Assembly: GCA_040437565.1 (NCBI GenBank) | Contig: JBDOQK010000053.1 | Span: 246,079 to 266,078, forward strand | DNA from: Albugo candida | Lineage: Eukaryota | Length of the DNA: 20,000 nucleotides | Reading direction: 5' to 3' | Shown: positions 1-8,394 of the stretch, piece after piece | Numbering within the stretch: position 1 is the stretch's first letter | Layout of the letters: each line of letters opens with the position of its first letter | The notes under the pieces: model-generated | What the model was told of the DNA's origin: nothing | What the model saw: only the letters and a program-made list of their open reading frames with translations | The model's database searches: none | Position numbers and translations under genes: made by a program

Positions 1-456
1 CTGAAAGTAATTGGACACTGTTGTCCTTCTACAAACAAACTAATCCAAATTAAAAGAAAAACAATGGAATCACGCGAGACGCATCGGATTAATGCTAGAA
101 TGGGCTCATCTGTGTGGATATATAAAGTCGAGCTAAAGTCAACTTAAAAGATTGCGTAACGAGCGCACGGCCAATGTTTATCACCATCAAAGTATTTGAA
201 TAAACGAATTAAACGGAAGTAGTCGCCTTGAGACAACGCAAGTGGAATCTAGTAGGGATGTCACCATAGAGACGCAGTGTGGTGTTGAATGTGCAAAAGT
301 CGTGCGAGAAGGAACGAAAGAGATATAAAAACGTTCATGCTGCTGATAGTCCCCAGGATCTGCTTCTGTCTAACGGCACCTTCTTCGCAAAATTCAAGAT
401 ATGTTTTGGAGGCAGCATTGGATGGATTTGGTGTATTTCGGATCGTTACTACGTTA

Positions 457-960
457 TTAATCTTGCGATTTGACGGGGGGTTCCCACAGCTTGTGTTCTG
501 CACTCAGTAAAATATAAAATTGAGTAATAATTGCCAGATAATCTTACCCAAATACACAGGTATCACGCTTAATTCATCTTCCGCTTGCTCAATGAGCTCT
601 TCCAACTGCCCGCAGTTGATTTCCTTCTCTATCACATCTTCCTGCCGCTCAAGTGAGTCCCAGATGTTGGAGTATTAAGGACTATTTACGCACATTTTCG
701 TTGTCTTCAACAATTTTGAGTCGAAACTTTGTGATTCGCTCGACTGCATCTCTGTAAGCAGCATCCTCAGGGAGCACCTGAATCTGTAAGCTGGGTGCGC
801 AAAGACAGCGGGGAATCGACGGAGTTTATACCTTTACTTCTTCAAGTGTTCTCTGATATAGATGCACCAAGTCTTGCCGTGCGTTTGGATTAACTGCAAG
901 CCCAACTAGTCCAGTAGAAGTCTTCCGCACCGCTGCATTTAGTGCTCGGGTCACCCACAT
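457..960 (-). CDS. NDUFA5: NADH:ubiquinone oxidoreductase (complex I) subunit A5/B13, 4 exons, ~117 aa
   Basis: Manual translation of exons 960-832, 783-694, 641-548, 497-457 with GT-AG introns gives MWVTRALNAAVRKTSTGLVGLAVNPNARQDLVHLYQRTLEEVK-IQVLPEDAAYRDAVERITKFRLKIVEDNEN-EDVIEKEINCGQLEELIEQAEDELSVIPVYL-EHKLWEPPVKSQD*. TGLVGL, AAYR, GQLEELIEQAEDEL and the terminal KxWE are typical of NDUFA5. An alternative in-frame acceptor 6 nt downstream would drop 'IQ'. Confidence 0.95.
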
Positions 961-1017
961 GTTGACGATGTACCGTTATCTGTGGAATACAAGTCGGATC
1001 GGCAGCACATTTCGATA

Positions 1018-1904
1018 ATGAACAAAGAAAGCAGCCGTAAATCGCCATCGACTGATAGCACGAGCCTCAAGTGCGCTTGGCGCATCATAGGTCGTGAATG
1101 TAACGAGACCAATCTCGCTTTCCTCAACTGCAAGGCGGAAAATGATCATCCCACGGCTTGCTTATCTCAGGGCGAAAAAGCAGTTGCGTGTGGACTACGA
1201 GTGTAATGAAATAGCGCTGACCTTTTCTATTGAATTGGTATGATGAGAATACTCAATAGACTGCGGACAATCGAAGAACAATGTGGTGAAGCGTTCGCGG
1301 CATATAACGCCGCCATGAAAAAGAACTGGCATCAGTTCGACGAGTGTCGTAAAGAGGAAGCTGCATTGATTGCATNNNNNNNNNNNNNNNNNNNNNNNNN
1401 NNNNNNNNNNNNNNNNNNNNNNNNNNNNNNNNNNNNNNNNNNNNNNNNNNNNNNNNNNNNNNNNNNNNNNNNNNNCTGATAGCACGAGCCTCAAGTGCGC
1501 TTGGCGCATCATAGGTCGTGAATGTAACGAGACCAATCTCGCTTTCCTCAACTGCAAGGCGGAAAATGATCATCCCACGGCTTGCTTATCTCAGGGCGAA
1601 AAAGCAGTTGCGTGTGGACTACGAGTGTAATGAAATAGCGCTGACCTTTTCTATTGAATTGGTATGATGAGAATACTCAATAGACTGCGGACAATCGAAG
1701 AACAATGTGGTGAAGCGTTCGCGGCATATAACGCCGCCATGAAAAAGAACTGGCATCAGTTCGACGAGTGTCGTAAAGAGGAAGCTGCATTGATTGCATG
1801 CTGGAAACAGAAAGCTGAACAGGTATTTCTTTGAGTTTACTGAATAATTCAAAAGTGAACGACTAATTTGGATCTTGATGTAGAGAGCTAAACAGGACAG
1901 CTAG
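1018..1904 (+). CDS. NDUFA8: Complex I subunit A8 (19 kDa/PGIV, CX9C protein), 3 exons, ~114 aa after collapsing the assembly duplication
   Basis: Exon 1018-1202, intron 1203-1259, exon 1260-1375 continuing at 1800-1822, intron 1823-1883 (branch CTAAT), exon 1884-1904. Protein has DSTSLKCAWRIIGREC, the CX9C motifs CNETNLAFLNC, CLSQGEKAVAC and CRKEEAALIAC, and spacing that matches NDUFA8. The last exon is less certain. Confidence 0.88.
1052..1799. repeat. 324-bp direct duplication (1052-1375 = 1476-1799) around a 100-N gap; probable unmerged contig overlap
   Basis: Sequence after the gap restarts at ctgatagcacgagcc (1052) and appears identical up to the gap edge. Confidence 0.9.
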
Positions 1905-2097
1905 CTAGCTCATCGAGCAGTTTGGAGCAGACGGATAAAACCTCACGTGGCTGAATAGTCTAGATACCTGCATTCATATAGTCACAATATAAACTGTTGC
2001 TTGGAATTCGCACAAGTTTTATTAGATCAAAACGACCTGATACTTCTAGCCGATTTGAGTCGAAAGCATGCAAAACTAAACGGTCTCAATAAGCAAA

Positions 2098-2396
2098 CTA
2101 GAGAGCTGTCTGACGTGCGAGTTCAGTTAGAGCCATGTCGCTCTCGCCTTTTCCACGAATATATCCTGCAAGTGCAAATGTGTCGGATTCGCCAGTAAAT
2201 AGTCCGTGTTCGTTCACCCGACCGATGCTAATCTGGACGGATGATTGATCTTTGGCCGCTATTATTCGATTTGTCCATGAGCTACACAGTAAATGAAGAC
2301 ATTAATTAAATACAGCAATGGCTTATGTGTCTGATGTCAGCAATACCATTTACGTGGGATATAGATATCGATGTTTTGTCCAGCTTCGTTCTGCAT
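2098..2396 (-). CDS. RPS21: 40S ribosomal protein S21 (eS21), 2 exons, 77 aa
   Basis: Exons 2396-2347 and 2281-2098 with a GT-AG intron 2346-2282 give MQNEAGQNIDIYIPRKCSWTNRIIAAKDQSSVQISIGRVNEHGLFTGESDTFALAGYIRGKGESDMALTELARQTAL*. MQN..D.YIPRKCS..NRII.AKD and GESD are eS21 hallmarks. Confidence 0.97.
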
Positions 2397-2521
2397 TTTT
2401 AATCCCAATTAGACTTTGCGCTAATCTCCAATCGTTCAAAACATAATGCTCACACTATTTCACCAAAGCCTAGTTCTAATTGCACACACTAAACTTGCAT
2501 CACAGGAAGGAAGTTGTGCCA

Positions 2522-2920
2522 ATGGAACAAAATGTGGTTGCCCAATACAATTCGATGAAGTCAGAAGTCCGTCAGCTCGCGGAAAAAATGGCAGAATTAC
2601 AAGCAGAGATTGCGGAGCATGATCGAGTTATCATGACACTGCAAGGTCTACCATCTTCACGCAAAGCATTTAGAATGATTGGAGGTGTCCTGATTGAACG
2701 AACTGTTGAAGAAGTTCTTCCAGCTGTGACACTCAATCGCAATGGAGTTGCTCAAGTTTTGGAGCAGTTAAATGCAAATATTCATCAGAAAGAAGCAGCC
2801 GCAAATGAACTACAGGTAGAGGGCTGTTTTACACATACAATTTGAACCTGCTTCACTAAAGCTTACAGATGTTTTTTTTATACATAACAGCGCAAGCATA
2901 ACATACAAATGCAACCTTGA
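2522..2920 (+). CDS. PFDN2: Prefoldin subunit 2, 2 exons, ~107 aa
   Basis: Coiled-coil protein with EH..VI.TL..L...RKAFRMIGGVLIERTVEEVLPAV, typical of prefoldin 2. Intron 2816-2890 gives the C-terminus LQRKHNIQMQP*. Start placed at the first in-frame ATG (2522); an upstream exon is not excluded. Confidence 0.92.
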
Positions 2921-3079
2921 AGAATGTAGCTATAGAAATCTATTAAAGNNNNNNNNNNNNNNNNNNNNNNNNNNNNNNNNNNNNNNNNNNNNNNNNNNNN
3001 NNNNNNNNNNNNNNNNNNNNNNNNNNNNNNNNNNNNNNNNNNNNNNNNTGAAGAATGTAGCTATAGAAATCTATTAAAG
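2918..3079. repeat. 31-bp duplication (2918-2948 = 3049-3079) around a 100-N gap; assembly overlap
   Basis: tgaagaatgtagctatagaaatctattaaag occurs on both sides of the gap. Confidence 0.9.
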
Positions 3080-3183
3080 ATGACTGCATCTGTCTTTGCA
3101 GCTTTAGGTGAAATACACTATTTTCGATCCTTGGTTTTGAGGTTAAACTGTCGATTTTACACCATCAAATTTTAGATTCTAAG

Positions 3184-3555
3184 ATGAATCGCTTCACGAC
3201 ATTACTCCGCCCGCTTTCACGCGCTTGTGTACGCAGTCCAAATACAGTTCGACCGAATGTACGTTTCGCACGTGACCAATTCCGTTTCTTCTCTGCACAA
3301 ACTTTTTTGGATCGTCACGAAGTAAGTGATCGTGTTCTTTCGGTAATAAAAAACTTTGAAAAAGTGGATGGAGACAAAGTCACCGACGCTGCTAAATTTG
3401 TGGATGATCTCGGTCTTGATTCGCTGGATGTGGTCGAAGTGATAATGGCTATGGAAGAGGAGTTCACGATCGAGATTCCAGACAACGAAGTGGACAAGCT
3501 AACGACACCAGCTCAAGTGATTGAATACGTTGCGGCACATCCGATGGCCAAGTAG
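3184..3555 (+). CDS. NDUFAB1: Mitochondrial acyl carrier protein (also a complex I accessory subunit), 123 aa
   Basis: Arg-rich, nearly acid-free N-terminal presequence followed by DLGLDSLDVVEVIMAMEEEF.IEIPD, the phosphopantetheine-Ser motif. Confidence 0.96.
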   Translation: MNRFTTLLRPLSRACVRSPNTVRPNVRFARDQFRFFSAQTFLDRHEVSDRVLSVIKNFEKVDGDKVTDAAKFVDDLGLDSLDVVEVIMAMEEEFTIEIPDNEVDKLTTPAQVIEYVAAHPMAK

Positions 3556-3646
3556 TTTGAAAGAGATGTTCAATATACTACAATCTTTTTTAGCGCTGTC
3601 AACGCTTAAGAGCTAATGGCCTTTAGCGATCATAAACGGCCGCCCT

Positions 3647-4185
3647 CTAATTTTCTTTAGGCTTTTGCAATTGTTTCAAAATATCACTAATTTGGTTGCG
3701 GACTATCGGCTGTCCTGTAGCTGTACGTGCACTTAGCATCGCATGCCTTTTTTTGCGAACTTTGATGGTTTTCTGAATGTTCTCGTGCTTTTGTTTCTTC
3801 AATTCAATTCCTTCCTCACGCTTGGACTTTATTTGTTCGGCTTTTCTCTTCGCTTTGAAGAGCGGATCTGGTCGATTGTTAATGAGAGGCTTTTTCCGTT
3901 GGGTTTCTGATACCTTTACAAACATTAGAGAGCGTCTCTGCAGTGAAATAGACCACGTACTTGATTTGTGAGTGTGCTAAAGAATTGATCGTAAAAACTC
4001 ATCGACCCATTGCTACTTTGTTGTTCGCTCTTGTTCTTCGCGATCTTTTCGCGTGTACGCTTCCATTGACACTTTCGTATCATTTTCTGCTTTGATTCAG
4101 ACTTATCTTTCCTCCTTTCACATCGTTTTCCATTCATAAATCGCGTCAAACTTACTGCTCCATTTTTTCCACGCGATTTTTCCAT
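3647..4185 (-). CDS. Basic rRNA-processing protein of the Fyv7/TAP26 (CCDC59) type, 2 exons, ~163 aa
   Basis: ORFs 3925-4185 and 3647-3925 are joined in frame by a 47-nt intron 3960-3914 (GTACGT...CTAAT...AAG). Lys/Arg-rich, with C-terminal LSARTATGQPIVRNQISDILKQL resembling the T..GQP......LL.KI motif of Fyv7/TAP26. Confidence 0.75.
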
Positions 4186-4216
4186 TTGTTAATATTTTCT
4201 GTATTGATTGGTCGGA

Positions 4217-5131
4217 ATGCTCGCTCAAGTAAAATGCACTCGAAATTTACTCTGTTCCAACTGGCAAAGTAATGGACAATTAACCATGCAAATTGCAGGC
4301 TTTTCAAGTAGAATTGACCATGCGATAACACAGATACCTCCTCCGTCTCCTGGTCGAGGAATACTTGGGCGCGCTGCTAATTTCGACATCAGAAAAAGCA
4401 AAAATGGGATCAAATCGTGGAACTGGCTATTCAGTTTGCTGGGATACAATAACAACGATGATAAATTGTATCGGGAATCCGTCAAACTACTACAAAGCTG
4501 TGTGAATCAGTCGGCCGTACCGAATTTGTATCATGCGATTCGACTACGTCCCGATTTTCGCGGTCAGCAAGCACTTTTAATGGCTCATGTTTGGCTCGTT
4601 CATCGTCGACTTGGAAAGCAAGGAGAAGCTGGGAGAGTCTTACAAGAAGGTGTGTTTGATCGTCTTTGGGAAGAAACGGTATCGCGTATTCGTCATCAAA
4701 AGGTGTCTGAACTCACAGTCAACAAATATTTGAAACAAGTGCAGCAGGTGTGCTTTAATGCTTGTATTGCTTACGATACGGGTCTTGAGAGAAGTAAGGA
4801 TGATTTCAACACAGCGATTCGATGTCATCTGTTGGCAGAAGACGACTTACATGTTCCAGATGAACAGTACGTTCAGATGACGAGTAAGTATCTTTGGCAG
4901 AATATGAAAATGCTGGACAAACTTGACGAGAAATACCTTAAGAAAGGAGTCATTCCTTGGGATCACGTACCGGATATAGCGGGCTTCAAGCAGCTCGATG
5001 TCGTACTGATCGGACAGAAATTTGGAAATTGGAGGACTGCGTTGGACAATCGTGGCAAGATGTATTACTGGCACTCTGAGAGTCGATTGTCGGCTTGGGA
5101 GCTTCCAGAAAAGGACACAATGGCGCAGTAG
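4217..5131 (+). CDS. CBP3: Ubiquinol-cytochrome c reductase chaperone CBP3/UQCC1 family protein with C-terminal WW domain, ~304 aa
   Basis: Intronless ORF with DF......LMAHVWLVHRRL, LWEET..RI, VNKYLK and AYD.GL motifs of the Cbp3 domain. C-terminal W.TALD.RGKMYYWH.ES..SAWELP fits the WW consensus. Start could also be a later ATG. Confidence 0.88.
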   Translation: MLAQVKCTRNLLCSNWQSNGQLTMQIAGFSSRIDHAITQIPPPSPGRGILGRAANFDIRKSKNGIKSWNWLFSLLGYNNNDDKLYRESVKLLQSCVNQSAVPNLYHAIRLRPDFRGQQALLMAHVWLVHRRLGKQGEAGRVLQEGVFDRLWEETVSRIRHQKVSELTVNKYLKQVQQVCFNACIAYDTGLERSKDDFNTAIRCHLLAEDDLHVPDEQYVQMTSKYLWQNMKMLDKLDEKYLKKGVIPWDHVPDIAGFKQLDVVLIGQKFGNWRTALDNRGKMYYWHSESRLSAWELPEKDTMAQ

Positions 5132-5177
5132 CCGAAAGAAACACAATTAGGAAATCAATTATTCTGCCTTTCGAATT

Positions 5178-6941
5178 TCACATTTTTGGAACGGCAAATG
5201 GACCTCCACCGATACCGACATCAAAACATTGTGCATCTTGTGACTTTTCAAGGGATTTTACTTTGCCACCTGATAGCTCCACACTTTGTTTTCTTTGGTT
5301 TGATCTCTCGAAGCGGCTGCGACAAGCCCATAATCCCAACGATGGATTCGAGATATAATAAAACTCTTCAGTGCCATCTTTGGTTGTGTTGTAACCTTCT
5401 TTGAGATCATCAATCGAGTACTTTTGTAGCATTTCTGCCAAATCTCCGTATTCGAACCCAACGCTTTCAATCTCCTCTTGGGTCAAGAATCCTGTACAAT
5501 ATCGGATACGAAATCGACCTTCAGAGGATCCATGAATCAGGTGGGCAGCAGCGCTCAGATTTTTCATCAGATCGCGGCTCTGGTCCAAATACTCAAGTAT
5601 CTCCTATCGATGCTACATCTCAGTATTGGTAAGTCAGTCCCCTTTCTTACCGGAGTTGTTCGGTACCCATACTTTCGGATCAGCTCGTCGATCCGCAAGT
5701 CTTCACCAAAGTGCTTGACGCCAGGTGCAAGTATGATCAATTCACCGTCATCCGCGATCGCCATCCTTGTACGATAAATACTCTTATTGCCCAGCCAAGT
5801 CGATTTGTACTCCTCTGGATGCAGATAGACCACAACCTGCAAGCATTCTCGATAATCGCAATTTTGAATGAGACTTTTCGCGTACTCTTTTCAATGGTAA
5901 TTCGAGTAACTTGAAATTAACTTCCAGAGATAACGCGGACGCTCGTAGAAAGCATTCTTCGTCATCACCGATGAAAACTCCACGGGTTACAAGCTGTCCA
6001 TCCTCGCTACAAGCCAGACATTGGAATGGCGAAATCAACGAATATTATACGACTTACGCTCGTGAAATTACTGTTTGAATGTATAACAGAGGCAGATCAT
6101 TGAGGAAATGCTCGGACGCGTAATTCAGCACTTGACGTAATGGATTATTGGCACGCCCCATCATACGTTCCATGCCGTACACTGCCCCGATGAAATGGGA
6201 AAAATTGATAGCATCACTTCCTCCTGTGCCGACAAAAATATTTTTGTTGTAATTTGCCATTCCCATCACTTCGTGTGGAACTACTTGACCGATCGAAATG
6301 ATCAAGTCATGCTTCCCATCCCATATCTGCAATAGAAATTGGAGTCAGATAACTTCTATAGAGACGATAACGCACTAGTTTGTTGATTTGAGCTGGCCAT
6401 GGTTCATGAACTTTGCCATCGCTGGCGGCCGCGACTAACTCCGATGGAACCATGCCAATTGTCACAACATCATTTCTAGCAGTAACATTTTGTGAATGGT
6501 CAAGTGATCATGAACATTCAGCACCGCCAATCGTGAACGCGGAACAAGTGTTTTGGAATCGAGCCATACATCTTCAGATAAAGTCAGATACTGCACGACT
6601 TGCACAAAATCACGATACCTTTGTAATTTCGCTATCTGTCATTGGAGCGTGTGTCCCAAGAGCGGGTAAGACATCCACAATCGCGTCCTGTAAATGATTA
6701 TATAGGAATTGTGATATGATACCGGCATTTCTATCGCATACACGTCCATCATTGATCAAATCATCCCAGAACACAACTCGTACGAATGATAGCGGGTGAA
6801 ATCCGGGGGAACAAGCATTACGCGCTGCAGCGTTTTCCCCGTGTTGGCTGCGTATTGAGTGAGCGCATTTCTGACTATGTCGCCGAGTTGCTTGTCTGTG
6901 ATTATGGAATTCTCGCTCCCTTCCGCGTGGTATAAACCCAT
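5178..6941 (-). CDS. LarA-superfamily (lactate racemase/DUF2088) nickel-pincer-type hydroxyacid racemase/epimerase homologue, 8 exons, ~472 aa
   Basis: Exons 6941-6784, 6730-6619, 6571-6525, 6475-6376, 6326-6058, 6006-5886, 5836-5651, 5603-5178 with seven GT-AG introns of 47-53 nt splice into one open frame. Motifs PPDFTR, PALGTH.PM, HDWR, GQVVPHEVMGMANYNKN.FVG.GG, INFSH, STWLGNKSIYRTRMAIADDGELII.APG and AAHLIHGSSEGRF. Confidence 0.9.
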
Positions 6942-6994
6942 TTACTCCAATCAAATGAGCATTTTGTGCATCACGACCCCCGGCGTATGATACA

Positions 6995-7882
6995 ATGAAC
7001 ACTGCGGCAGCAAACATCGTTTCTGAGCTATCCAAAGCGGAATTTGGTTTGCACATCACCGTGAAAGTCGAAAGTGTTCTATAAACACTTTGTTATCATA
7101 GGAACTGGAGAAAGCGCACTTCAAGTGGTATTCACGGGGCAAATTGAGTCGATCCTTGCAAGTAGTACACATACAAGCTCATAGCTATCTGACAATTTCT
7201 GTAAAGATTCCTGGTGTATCAAATCTCTATTGCCGATACACGATCACGAGTGGGTCGGACTGGAAGCTTCAACACGTAAAGCATCTGTCGACCATTGACA
7301 GAATTTGTTGAGACTCACTGCTGAACGGATTAGGGATTTGATACCGGGCTGTCACAAATCGCGTTTGGAGGCGGTCGTTGGAAGGATGGAATCACGCTGA
7401 ATTTTCCCATTGACATTTCCTATACTACTACAAACTTGTTTGGTTGGCCTCGTGTTGTTATCAGTGTTAGTCTAGGCCTGGGTCAGGAGTCAAGCGAGGC
7501 TGATAGTATTTGCAGGTCTATGGTCTGGATGTGCTCGGAAGAGATGTTGTGAGAGGATATGGGACCACATATTTGCCAACAGCAGGATGCAATATTGTTC
7601 GTGAAATTCCGTTATTTAAACCACAGTCTTCCTCTCTGCTGCAGCATTGGACAGCCATTTTGACTGCGACCCAGCCTGAGGTACGTCACTTTTCTACAAC
7701 TGAAACGAATGCTGAGGTAGAACACTTTTTTTTAGTATTATGATTCCAGATTCATTGCTCAGAATGAAGGAAGAGCAGTTACACGAGTCTCGTCTGGAGG
7801 AATAGCTGTCCTGAGAATAAATACTATGACACGAGGGATAATGGAGCACGGATATACCATCAGACGTCCTAATGCTCGTTAA
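6995..7882 (+). CDS. B9D1: B9 domain-containing protein 1 (ciliary transition zone, MKS module), 6 exons, ~206 aa
   Basis: Exons 6995-7046, 7102-7157, 7207-7275, 7334-7465, 7516-7680, 7736-7882 give GQIES, LYCRY....GSDW, GLSQI, NFPIDI...TN.[33 protein letters not shown].LQ and PEYYD...IAQ.EGR.VTRV, colinear with B9D1. Exon 1 is the least certain. Confidence 0.93.
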
Positions 7883-8394
7883 CGAACGGTGCAGTGAATG
7901 ATAGTAAACGATATGGTTTGCGTGAGTTCAATGGATTCACTGCTCCAATGATACAATTCGCTGCTGTCCCTAGGTCCTCACGTTAAGTCAAAAATAATAA
8001 ACTGAATAAACCAGAGCACGCCCGGAGCATACGTCCACCTCTTTATAGTGAGCAACTGAGTGACTTCTCTTATAAGGCAAGCATGATATTATTTGAAGGA
8101 GAGTGATTACTTGCCAGATGTCGGAAACAATGTCAAGGCTTCACTTCAAAACTGATGATTGCGCACGTTCCTATGCTTCTGTCTTCGATGCGTCTGTAAA
8201 GAATGCGAGAATTCATATAATGGCTGATTGAACCATTGGTCCTGCATATCTAAAAATGGGTGTGACTTTCTATGTACTCTGTGACAGAAAGCGAAGAAGC
8301 TTTCACTTTTGTGATGTATCAAAAGTTGAAATATTATTTAGAGCAAGTGGAGAAATGATAACGTGGTCAGTGACTCGCATGACTAACGTTGAAG

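Noticed and set aside
261-510. Three short ORFs near the window start
   Set aside because: No recognisable motifs, non-ATG starts, and they overlap the NDUFA5 last exon and 3' region.
968-1018. 16-codon upstream ORF whose TAA overlaps the NDUFA8 ATG (TAATG)
   Set aside because: It begins 7 nt from the opposite gene's ATG and may not be transcribed; chance is sufficient.
1476-1799. Second NDUFA8 copy or tandem gene duplication
   Set aside because: Apparently identical sequence abutting a fixed 100-N gap; the same pattern at all five gaps indicates an assembly overlap.
2001-2198. ORF-track 65-aa ORF on the + strand
   Set aside because: Non-ATG start, and largely the antisense shadow of RPS21.
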